Shown here piece by piece: positions 1-12,000 of a stretch of DNA of 64,000 nucleotides. The notes beneath the pieces are model-generated. The model made no database searches, had not been told where the DNA came from, and worked only from the letters and a program-made list of their open reading frames with translations. The translations under genes and the position numbers were made by a program. Source of the DNA: Paraspadella gotoi (taxonomy: Eukaryota; Animalia; Chaetognatha). The stretch covers positions 22,780,833 to 22,844,832 of the forward strand of contig CM119263.1 in assembly GCA_051294375.1 (NCBI GenBank), written 5' to 3'. The number at the start of each line of letters is the position of its first letter. Positions within the stretch are counted from its first letter, which is position 1.

Positions 1-3000
1 AAGCTTCCGAGGCCAACCTCGCTCAGGTCCAGGGGCAAATGAGGGGAAAAGATAAAGGAGAATTTAGTTAAGGACATATATTCAATTTTTAGCAAATTTA
101 AAAAAGAAAAGAAAAAAATAGATAATTAACGTTTAATTTACGACGCAGGTATCACGAATCAAGACCCAATTGGCCGCCCAATACGAAGAGGCACGCGCTC
201 AGTACGAGGAAGAGGCCAAGCAACGCAATGCCCTCGTAGTTCAGTTCCGTAACCTGCAACAAGAAAACGACGGCCTCCACGGATCGCTCAAGGATGTTGA
301 AGAGCAGAAGGCGATGTTACAGGTACAAATAACGTGACTTTTTTTTTAACATCATAGGGAAACCATTACAGAAAACTGCTTGTTTATAAATTAATATTAA
401 TTTAATTTGTTAAAACTTTTGTTTTGCACTCCAATTTAAGGGAACCGTCTCTAAATTGAGCAATGATCTTCAAGCCATGAAGATCAAGTACGAGGCGGAG
501 TTGACCACGCGAGCTGAAGAATACGAGGACATGAAGAGAAAGTTGAGCATTCAGCTCCAGGAGACCGAGGAAGCCTACAATGGCGCCATGGCCAAAGTTT
601 CCAACCTGGAGAAAGTGCGCATTCGTATGGCCAGCGAAATCGACGCTCTTGCAGCTGACCTCGACAACGTGAGTTATACTACATCACCGAAATTATTAAT
701 GGAATAATCAATGTAGATTTAGTTTCTAATTATTAAAAATTACAATCGTTAATTTCAGCGAGTCGTAAGTATTTTTTTTTATAGGAGTACCAAAAAATGA
801 AAACTTTATCAATACTAGTTATAGATATTCCCGCTGTTTCTTGTCTTCCCATTTAGTCAAACAATGTCTTTTGACTCTTTTGACCCATACAGTTAGCCTA
901 CCCTCGTGACTTATTGCTGTTTTCAGATACAACTGTTGAACCATTCATTCATTCATTCTAACCATATTTTAATGAGCCACACTAATTTTTTTATTCCCCG
1001 AAAAGTATGCAAGCGAATCTAGTTTTCGCAATCGAAATCTCTTTTTCCTCATTCCTCAGCCATACTTTTCGTTGTCGTCACACCCAAAAGTTCTCAGAGA
1101 ACCATCGTCCCCCGTTCGTCTCAAAGTTTTATCTCTGATAGAATGTAGCTGAAGGGACTAAGTGAATAGCAATGTTTTTTTAAGGTCACTAATAGTCTAA
1201 TGTTACATTTCCTACCCCAATATTTGAACGTTTTCCTACATCACACGATCAATCGATGCTACGAAACAACAACAACATCGAAAACCGCAGGCCAACGCGA
1301 CGATTGATGGCATGTTAAAAAAGGAGAAGCAGATGCAGCGCACTATCGACGAGGTAAACATGAAGCTGCGTGACCTGCAGAACGAATTAGAGTCGTCTCA
1401 GCGCGAATACAAGAAGCTCCACGGCGAGCATTTCGCTCTGCGTAAGTCTCACGAAGACGCGCTGGAGGCGATCGAGAGCCTGCGACGGGACCTCAAGCAT
1501 GCCCAAGACGAACTGGCCGAAGCCGGAGAGATGGTCCGAACCAAGGATATGCAGATCGCCGAGCTCTACAAGGTCAAGCAGCGGCTCGAGTTCGAGAAGG
1601 AAGAGCTCCATAACGTCATCGCCGAGCTCGAGGAGAAGTTCAAGGCCGAGTCGGACAAAGTGGCCAAGCTCCAGATTGAAATCCAAAACATCCGCGTCTC
1701 GATGGAGAAGACCCTCCGCGCCAAGGAAGAGGAGCTGGAGAAGATGAGGCGCGACCTTCTGCGAGAGATGGAGCAGATCCAAGCCAACTTGGAGATCGAG
1801 ATCAAGCTGAAGAATGACGCCCTCAAGATCAAAAAGAAACTGGAGATGGAGTACAAAGAATTGGAATACACCCTGGAAACTGCCAACAAGACGATCGCTG
1901 ACTACCTACGCGAGATCAAAAAGTTGGAAGCGGAGATTGCCAACTTTCAGTCAGCGCTCGACGCGGAGTCGGCGCAGAAGGAGGAGGCCCGCAATCAGTT
2001 GTCCATCTCCCAGAAGAAGCTGTCGCAAGCCTATGCGGAGCTGGAGGAGTTGAGGGCCGTGCTGGACGCGACCACTCGCTCCAAGCAGTCGCTCGAACAA
2101 GAGCTAAGCGAGACCCAGGACCGGATCAACGATCTAAACATGCAGTTGGGTTCCGTGGCAAGCGCAAAGAGAAAGATCGAGGGCGACTACGCCTCGCTCA
2201 CCAGGTACGGAAGATGGACATTTTATTTTAAAAACACTTTCACTCAATAAATTTACTTAGATATGAAGCTATTTTATTTAACTACGGATTGTGCATTCAA
2301 TGAGTCAAAACCAGACTTTTCCCGTAATGCAGCGAGTACGAGGAAGCAATGCTTCGCCTACGTACGCAAGAGGAGACCCTGATGAAGGCCATGAACGACG
2401 CGGGCCGATTGGCAGACGAACTGCGTGCAGAGCAAGAGCACAGCGCACAGATCGAGGGACTCCGCAAGGGGCTGGAATGTCAAGTGCGCGACCTTCAAAC
2501 TTCTCTCGAGGAAGCCGAAGCTATCGCCCTTAGATCCGGGAAGAAACTTGTCGCCAAGATGGAAGCTCGAGTAAGATAAATGAATGTAATACCTAATGTT
2601 ACCCTTTGAGAGAATATTTTTTCACTTTTTACAGATTCGCGATCTAGAAAACGACCTAAACACTGAAGCAAAACGGCATTCCGAAACCATGAACAACGCC
2701 ATTCGTCACGAGAGGCGCGCAAAAGAACTTGAACTTCAAACCGAGGAAGATCAAAAGAACATGAAGCGACTACAAGAGATGGTGGAAAAACTAAGCAACA
2801 AAGTCAAACTTTATAAACGCAAAGTTGAAGAAGCGGTAAGCCGATATGCAACTATATATATACACGGATATATATCATATATATATATTATACACGGATT
2901 TCAAATGAGAGGGAAATGAAAAGATTAAGTGCTGTTGCTTTAAATTTAATTTAAGTTTAATTGGCAACAACGATTTATTAAATAATAAAATCGGGCATGT

Positions 3001-4124
3001 TTCGACTCATTTTTTTCCGAGTCAATAATAAGCACTAAGGCGGCCCAAAATTGAACACTTATATATCTTTTAGTTCTCTCAAAAAATTTTCTTTTTTCCT
3101 TCTATTACTAAATCGATTTTCAATGCAACTTTTGAATAAATTCATTGGGTTGTTGCACTGAAGCTTTTCAATATTTATTAATATATAAGAAATGAAAAAT
3201 TTTTGATTTAATTTTATTTTTTAAGAACGGATTCCTATAGAGCTTAAAAAGTTAAATGAAAGTTAGTACTACAATTTTTTTAAATTTTAACAATAAATTG
3301 ATTAAAAATAAGAAAAACCTTAAAAAATCATCATCATCATTGGCTGAATTTTATAGTTTTTTAAATTTTTTATCAATAATACAAAAAAAAATTTAAAAAG
3401 TTGTATTAATAACCTTTTTCATACTTTTAAAGCTATCAGAATCTATTTAAAAAATTTAAAAATTTAAACTTTATATATAACTTTATATAATCTTTAAATG
3501 CTTCCGTGCGCGTATCAATAAGATAAATTTTTAAAATTATTTTTATTTTCATATTCTTTAACAGTCACTAAACCATTATTTATTTGAGAGAACTTAAAGT
3601 TTTCAACCGGTTCCGGCCTAAATTGTATATATTTAAAAAATAATAACCAAAAAACAGATTCGTCAATTCAATGATGCTCTTTATCGAATCTCAGGAGGAA
3701 GTGGCTTGTGTGAGCGTCGGGAAAGCGCGTCGTTTCCAACAGGAACTGGAAGAAGCTGAAGAACGCGCGGATCAAGCCGAAAACACAGTCATGTCGTTGC
3801 GAACACGTTCGACGCGATCCATGTCTGTTTCTAGATACGCCGGGTCCATCCGAGCGGCGTCGATAAGCAGGTTGGTAACATTTCTTGGCAGCCCATCGGC
3901 TGAATTTGTTTAAATTAAAGAGGTAAGAGATCCCTGACGAAGGAATTTTCAGCGAGTCCAATAAAATTATGAAAATTAAAATACTATTTTATTTCAGATG
4001 CGATTTTCTCGAAACCAACATCTCAAGTCTTTCTCTTCCAACGCCATCACGGCGGTTTTACCCATCCCTTAGTTTCAGGGAATCAGCTTTTGACATTTAT
4101 AGTCATAGAAACAGAAAACCCTAA
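1..4124 (+). CDS. Myosin II heavy chain, coiled-coil rod/tail (3' part of gene; paramyosin not fully excluded)
   Basis: Exons read by eye with consistent phases: 149-322, 441-668, 1291-2204, 2333-2570, 2635-2835, 3695-3870, and a probable last exon 3998-4124 (TAA). A partial exon at 1-26 is tentative. Myosin_tail_1 motifs: KNDALKIKKKLE, LEEAEAIALRSGKKLVAKMEARIRDLE, QTEEDQKNMKRLQEMVEKL, QQELEEAEERADQAE. The gene starts upstream of the window. Confidence 0.88.
3036..3621. mobile_element. Degenerate MITE-like element with imperfect terminal inverted repeats, in a myosin intron
   Basis: TAAGGCGGCCCAAAATTGAACAC at 3036 is imperfectly inverted by GTTTTCAACCGGTTCCGGCCTAA at ~3599-3621. The same terminus occurs inverted at ~9290-9382. 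Confidence 0.45.
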
Positions 4125-6837
4125 TTCGCCAAACTCCCTTCTAATTATCTCAATCATATTGTCTGTTGTATAACAAATATTAAGCTACAAGGTGACACAC
4201 GACAGCCCGCCGCGAAAAAAAAATCGTCATTTGCAAACTTGTGAAGATTCTTTTAATCTGAAAGATTATTTCTGTAATAAAAACTTAAATTTATATATCC
4301 AAATTTCATATTGATTGGTTATGATTTAAGTTGGCAATGAGCGGGAAAAAGTTGCTTTAAAAATCGTCTTTGATTTTAAAAAAAATCTTTTTTTTTTAAA
4401 TATTTTTATCTAACTTTATAAACATTTTTGAAAGGTATCAATATTAATAATTATTAATATTTTCTGAAAGCTATTGAAAATTTGAAGAACATAACTTATT
4501 TAAAAATAATATAACATAAAAATAAACCTAACCAGCTTTTGTTTATTCAAAATAATCCAAATTAAAATAAAATCTTAATATATATTTTATTATAATGATC
4601 TCACCAATTATTGTTCATAAAGAAGCTTAAAAAAAACTAAATTAAAATGGCTAACAATAATCTAATAATTATTTTAAAACTGCTCTTTAAAAAAATTAAT
4701 TTAAAAATAATTTTAATTTTAATTACCTTTTTTATATAAAGCTGGATAAGCTAATTTTATATTACAGTATTTTTTATTATATCATTCTCTTCATATTTTT
4801 AAAAGCTTTCAAAAGATATTAATATTTTTATATAAATTTAAAAAAAAATAAATAAAATAAATAATATAAAATTTGGATATATAAATGATTTAGGTTTTTA
4901 TTACAGAAAAAACCTTTCAGATTAAAAAAATATTTACAAGTTTGCAAATAACAATTATTTTTAACCGAGGGCTGTCGTGTGTGACCTTGTAAGAGAAACG
5001 GACTCGAGAAAGACTTGAGGTACATCAGGTATTAAAATATAAAAAATCATTTAAACACAGATTAGATTTAACTGGAACTTGGACGAATGTCTTAGGTGAA
5101 AATTCAATTGTAGGGGTATCTTACCGATTTTTAAAAGCATGTGCATGGCAGCTTGGCATTGTACAAATTTGGATGATGAACTTTGTACAATTTGGTATTG
5201 AAAACCAGCATAGTAAATTAAGGCTGGCTTGGGAAGCTTAACTTTTTCTCAAGCTAAGCCTTCTCTCATTATCTTGCACGTTAATGACATATCTTAAATT
5301 TAATGTAACAAATACTTGGCTATAACTGCACGAAGCTTGTTATCAAATTTTTTTTTTTCAATTCCTAACCAACGCTCATCCGTCAATCTGGGCTCCACAC
5401 AATTAATATGCTCACCGACAGAGACTTTGATGATGAAGAAGACTCATATTCCGCTTATGGCGCCGCAGCCCCTTTTCCAGCTCCTATTCCCCGAGCCCAA
5501 TCAAGCGCCCCCACATCCAATTATCTTTCAAGTTATAGATCTTCCAGGTATGAAAGTTAACAACTATAATTTTTTTTGGAAAAATTTAGAAACGAAAATT
5601 CACGATAGCATGACTGCATCTGCCTGCAAACAATTGTAGATATTAACACATTTTTGCTTGCTCACTCAAATTTGCTATGCTGGAAATCAACCTGCAGAAC
5701 GGCCGGTGCTGAAGGCGGTGTGTTAGATGATACAAGGTCACAATATTCCAGAAAATCCTACAGTGGCAGAACAGATATTGATTCAGGGAGGTCCACCTAC
5801 AGGTAAACTTAATACTATGACGTGAACTCTAAGGGCGTCCAAATGAAGTGTAGAGTACATTGAAAATAAGAAGCTGATTTGCCTGGGGTATTTTTTTTTC
5901 CAGATACAGCCCCGACGACTAAGCGAAAGATGACAGAAGTTATCACTTCGTTTCTGTGATGAAACGCTCTCACGCCGAGGGCGCCCTCTGAGGCCTCATA
6001 CCATGGAGACAAAGGAACAAAAGCTTATCGGATTCAAAGCTTTGAATTTTTCATTCATTTTATATTTAGAAATATCGCGCACCATTGATTGCAATCTAAA
6101 GCCTTCACAATATGAATGCTAATTATAAAAATAAGGGTGGTCTGTGGGCAGTCTCAATGCTATGAAATTAATAAGAATCAAAATATTTCAAACTTAAATT
6201 TGCTTTAAGTGGTCTTTGGTTATTGTCACTGTGAATCGATGCATGGAATGATTAAAATGTAAATTGAAATTGTTTATAACTGCACCTTGTAAAACAGTTA
6301 AATGAGTTTTTATATTTTTTAGATAGCTTCATGTTCAAGTTTATCTGAGAATGGTAATGAATTTAGGGAGCTGTTACATGAAAAATTACATGAAAAATCG
6401 GATGCAATCGAAAGTTTTTTGTGCCATTTTTTTAAATTTAAAAAAGAAAACTGATTTTAGCTGATGTGACTTATCTTTCTTAACATATGAACTGATAAAA
6501 ACATTTTTAAATAGTCAAGGTATAGTCTATTTGTCAGCAGGGTATATAAACGTCCAAGAAAATTTTTTATCGTCCCGAATGTTCATAACTTTCAAAAACA
6601 CAATATTTATGAATTACTCGAGCAAATAAAATTGACAAAGAAAACCAATAGCATCTTTTTGTTGGAGCAAATACTCTCAAAACTTTGACTAAAAGGAATG
6701 TACTACCTTTAACATTTTTTGTAAACACAAATACTTTAAAAACTTTAAAAAAGAATGGTAATTTCAATGTGTTACACCGCATTACTTTCTTTTCACATAT
6801 ATTTCCGGGGAATTACGTGCTTACATAATTATTATAT

Positions 6838-7165
6838 ATATGAAATTTTTACAACCAATATAAAAATTATCCATTCATTTAATAAATAAGCTATCTTGCC
6901 CCTGACTTTGAACAGGCTTTGGTGGTTTAAGGCCTCATCACTCTTACAAGATAATGATATAACAGGTCCCTGCAAGCTTTCAATCAAGTCTCTCTCACAA
7001 TCTTATTTATTCACTCCCAGAGTACCTGGCTTCCCTATCAATGTAGTGGTATAATATTTCAAAGAATGTTTCAATTGTATGAAAAGACCACTCCCTTAAG
7101 TATTAGATCGGGGAATACTATATTGTATTCCGCCCCGCATCAAAATACAAGGAGCTGAATTTTAT
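6838..7165 (+). repeat. Dispersed repeat fragments
   Basis: 6838-6965 matches 16487-16610 and partly 13714-13750. 7060-7165 matches 16385-16490. Confidence 0.7.
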
Positions 7166-7289
7166 AATTTTATATATAATAAACATCCTATAATTGATTA
7201 CATACAACCAATTATTATAAAAAATCTTAAAGTATAATAATCTCGCTAGACGTTACTAACAAAAAAAAATTAATAAAAAAAACTAAAAT

Positions 7290-7480
7290 GATTGAGATAA
7301 CAAATAATTGATATAATAATAATTGATTGATTTAATAGTAATTGATTAATTGATATAATAGTAACTGATTGACTGATATAATAATAATTGATTAATGTTA
7401 TACTAATACTAACAATTATTGAATATTATCCAACCAAATATTGATGCGATGATAACCAAAGGATTGATGCAATGATTATA
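7290..7480. repeat. AATTGATTG/TAATA-type minisatellite
   Basis: Degenerate tandem ~20-bp units. The same family occurs at 10170-10325, and related tracts at ~35300-35460 and ~39310-39430. Confidence 0.65.
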
Positions 7481-9085
7481 AAAATATAAAACATACAAGA
7501 TTCATTTACAATACTTTATTAATCTGCCAAGCATTAACTAAAATAATTTAATATTTAATAAATTAAACCATTTAGGATTTTGGTTCATATGATCGATTTT
7601 TAAAAAGATTACTTACCTACTAATTAGCAGGACTTCGCAAGGGCTCGCGGCTTAACTAAAAAGTTCAATCCACCATTTCAATTACGGATAATATTTTGAT
7701 TACCTCCTAAACATAAATTTAATAAAATATTAATTAATAAGGTAATAGGTATTATCCAAATTAAACATACCGACCGACCAAAAAGTGACTTATTAAGTTG
7801 CTTCGCAAGGACTCGCGTCTTAACTAAAAAGTTAAATCCACCATTTTAATTACGGACAATATTTTAATTTTTCGTTAAATTTACGAATGAACTTTTTTAT
7901 ACCATAACATACTATAAAAACAATCATTTTCATTAAAATTTATAAAAGCTAATCTTTAGTCAAAGAGGATTGTTGCAAAAAATCGCGATTAAACATTCGA
8001 GTAAAGTAATGGAATTATACCAAGAGAAAACTTCATAAAAAAACAACCAACTTTAACAGCGGCGGCAACTCATGTCGTGCATTTTATTATTAATTAAAAA
8101 AAAGTCGCTTGTTGAAAAAAAAATCATTTTATTTTGCAATTGACGGGGTACTCGCTTCTATAATGATTCGAAAGTAGCTAACCACTGAAACCAAAAAGCT
8201 TAACAAAAGAGGACCCAGTGGGGATGACAATACCGCTTTAAAAATAACTTAAACCGTATCAGATCAAATGCACTCCGCATTCCGTAATATAAGTCGTGCT
8301 CTTTCTATAAAAGTATATCTTGGCCGATGAGTTAAACACTTTAGTCTAAAGAAACGCTTGGCACAATCAAAGAGAGATATAGCCCAGATTAATAATAACT
8401 TAAAGCTAGAATCGAGACACTCAGACAAAATTTTACAAAGCAGACATCAAAAATAAAGAACATCAACATTTCGAAACTATCGATTCTTTAGAACAAATTA
8501 TTCAACTCAATTCGGATTTATAATCCATTACGATTACCTGAATTATTCTTTTGGCATTCGTCAATTATAATAAAATCTTTAAGGCTCAATAACAAGAAGT
8601 TTCCCGATAGAAATATTCCAAACCCAACTTTTCAAAATTTGAACAATAAATTTAAAAATTACAAATTTTTAACCATCTAATTTGTTACGTATATAATGCC
8701 GAGTAGTAACGTTTACAAAGCGAGTGTGCTATTATTTAAAGAAAAAAAAATAACTTATTTCTTGTTTCATATTCATTTTTTATCAAAGGAGGAAACAGTT
8801 TTATAAAATTAAAAATGGGAAACTTTTTACAAGTTTATTATATTATTTCCCCAAACTGGTAAAGACTAGAAAACAGAACATGCTCTGAAAATAATTTCGT
8901 CGAGTCAAAACAAAACCTTCATAAAATCATTGTGTCACAATCATCATTGCAAAGGTTATCGCACATAGTTGATAACGAATCTGCTATCAGCAAAGATTAA
9001 TATATCAAGTCAAACTGTACAATGGGATTTTCATTTTGGTTCAAAGGAAAGGGACGGGGAAAATGGGAGAGAGGAAAGTCGAAGT

Positions 9086-12000
9086 TCAGCCTTCTTCCTT
9101 TGGCGGCGTAAACCATCCTGAAAAAAATTATTTTCATACATAACGGATTCAGTTAAATTTAATAAAAGTAAATTGGCTTCTAAATTTTTATTTTTTCAAA
9201 AGAAATACCGATTACCCCTCTTATAGTATTTTGTATTATTAAATTAATAAATAGAAAGATATTAAATTGTTGCTGTTCTGAACTAATTCAAAAAGTTGCA
9301 TTGAAAAACTATTTAATACATGAAGAAAAAAAGAAATTTTTTTGAAAGAACTTAAAAAAGTGTTCAATTTTGGCTGGCCTTAATGGGTATTAGACCTTTC
9401 CAAATATGAAAAGTTTTGAAATAAAAAAACGAGTATTGTGTAAAATGTGCCCATACATCATATGAATTTTTGGAACATTTTTTTTAAAAAACAAATTTAC
9501 AGTAAATAGTAAAAAATGGTAAAAAATTGACTTTTTGCTAAATATCTTTTAAAGCTTTATTTCTAGAAGGACGAAATTTAAATCTGGTAAAGCAGAAAAT
9601 ATTGACTATGTTACATACCTCGCATTATAAATTAAGTTAGTTTTTTACTAAGTAAAATTTTTTTAAAAGCCTATTGTTTTAAGCAATTTTTGATAAAATT
9701 TTTAAAAAATGATATTTTTAACAATGTTCGTAAAATATTTTTTTAACAAAAATTATTTAAAAAAAATCATTTTCCTTAATAATTATTTTTATTAAATAGG
9801 TTTGAACTTGGTTAAAGGGAAAAAGGGAATGCACTTTATTAAGAGTAAATAAAAAAATAGTAAAATCTGATTTGACAATGGGTCACTTTAATATCTTATC
9901 TCACCAGGTCATTGAAGTTTTTTAAAATTTTTATTATTTTATAATAGAATTATGACTAAAATAAGGTAGTTTTTTAATTTTTTTATAGGAGAAAAACAGT
10001 TTTATACATAATTTTTTTATATAAAATAAAAAGAAAATTGACAAAAGCGATTAAATAATTAAAAATTGACAAAATGAGACAAAAAGAGTAAAATTAATAA
10101 AATTTTAAAAGTATAATGATTTTGACAGACGTTACTATCAAAGAAAATGAAAAAATCCGATGCGATAACGATTAATTGTAATAATAATTGATTGATGTAA
10201 TAATAATTGATTGATTGATGTAATAATAATTGATTGATTGATGTAATAATAATTGATTGATTGATGTAATAATGATTGATTTAATAATAATTGATTGATT
10301 GATGTAATAATAATTGATTGATATAATTTAAAAATTTTTGCTACGCTAGTATCCACTGCCTATCATAAGCCTGTCTATGAAAAAACCGAAAAAGCAGGAG
10401 TGGGTTATGGTAAGATAACAGCATCTATTGTATAAAAAGTTTTTGACCCTAATTTTACAGAAAAAAAAAAAGCTCCAGAAGTGAGCATATTCCGTAGTCA
10501 TCCTGAGGTTCCATCTTAATATTTTCTTATGGTGATTCATAACTGGAATGGTATATGAGCACTAACCAAGGTTTTTATCATTATTCGACTGTTGTAATGT
10601 ATATCAAATAAATAAATAATTTTTTTAAGATTGAGCGATTTAACATTATTTTTTTGCTGCCTATGGACATGTAATTAATTTAAAATCCTTTAAAATTTTT
10701 TTTAAGCATAACAGTATAGTAAATTCAATTATTTATGTAGTAATATCCTAAAAAAATTATAAAATTTCAAAATAATTTTTTTTATTTAAAGAACAGATTT
10801 GGGTTTGCCATAAAAAAACTTTTATAAAATATGTTATATTATATTTTAATGTTTAAAAACGAAAAAAAATGACAAACGTTTTAACATGTATAAGTTTTTA
10901 GTACAGAGAATTAAAAAATCCTGAATTTTTATCTTTTTTCCAGTTTTAAATGCTGAAGACGACAAATTTTTAATAACATGTTTGTATTTTTGATTTAACT
11001 TTTTATGAAGAATGTGAATCTTTGTTAAAGTTTAAATTTTTTAAAAAATTTACTATTTTATAAAAATATTACAACAATTATATTGTATTTTACTATAGTG
11101 TTCCCAAGACTATATTAACAAAATATTTTTTATTCAAGTTAATCATACTATGTCACATTTAAATATCCTTATTCGATCATTCAAATAGATTTTTTGTTCT
11201 TGAGTGCTCCACTCTATTATGCAAATTAATAAAAATATTTCAGTTGACCTAATTATTCCAGTTGACCTGTAGTCGGCATTGCCTAGGTTCACCCCGCCTA
11301 TAAGCATGACACCTTTAGTCCTGACCCGGTGGCTCATTGAGTAAAGCCATCAGCTCATGACCACTAGGTACCGGGTTCAATCCCAACCCGGTACCTACCC
11401 TGTGGGAAGCGTGAGGACGGCCGTAAGCCGCCTTGGGGGCGTGGCAACCCCTCAAGCCTGGTTCCAAGCCCAGGACCCGTTCCATGGCTACTAAAAGGGG
11501 GTTATAGAAGTTACGGATAGTCATCTTCAGCCCACTTAGCGCCTTATCCACACTGGTGAGCCCATCCTGTCGAGCGTATTCCAACCTTCTGATTCCAGGC
11601 CCATGGACGTGCTGAAGATTGCTCCCCTCCCTCCACTGGAAGCAGTGCAGGGTGGGTTACAATCTGGGGGGCATGTAGTCGGGCATTGCCTAGGTTCACC
11701 CCGCCTATAAGCATGACACCTTTAGTCCTGACCGGTGGCTCATTGAGTAAAGCCATCAGCTCATGACCACTAGGTACCGGGTTCAATCCCAACCCGGTAC
11801 CTACCCTGTGGGAAGCGTGAGGACGGCCGTAAGCAGCCTTGGGGGCGTGGCAACCCCTCAAGCCTGGTTCCAAGCCCAGGACCCGTTCCATGGCTACTAA
11901 AGGGGGTTATAGAAGTTACGGATAGTCATCTTCAGCCCACTGAGCGCCTTATCCACAGACCAAATAAAGCATGTTGATCAAATTATGCAAAATTAGCAAA

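Larger units (their letters stand above)
11268..11957 (+). mobile_element. Family A non-autonomous LTR element (TRIM / LTR-retrozyme), complete copy
   Basis: 5' LTR 11268-11552 and 3' LTR 11674-11957 are near identical, with TGT...ACA ends. TSD GACC at 11264-11267 and 11958-11961. The 121-bp internal region has a PBS-like TGGTGAGCCCA one base after the 5' LTR (11554) and a PPT-like GGGGGG (11666-11671) two bases before the 3' LTR. No credible coding capacity. Confidence 0.92.

Noticed and set aside
5955-5995. TGATGA...CTGA C/D snoRNA or SECIS look-alike
   Set aside because: Box spacing is too short for a C/D snoRNA, there is no apical AA loop for a SECIS, and no selenoprotein ORF lies upstream.
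11323-11395. Functional tRNA genes in the LTRs (Met-like here, Gly-like at 13319-13389)
   Set aside because: Anticodon stems do not pair. They are tRNA-derived promoter domains, not tRNA genes.
11612-11650. CUGAAGA hammerhead-like box in the family A internal region (and on the minus strand at ~11524)
   Set aside because: No GAAA core or NUH site at the required positions. The word is explained as one strand of a long-range helix.
11143-11891. Minus-strand ORFs of 64-115 aa over the family A element (also 33416-33601)
   Set aside because: A by-product of GC-rich LTR sequence. Frames differ between copies and show no gag/pol motifs.
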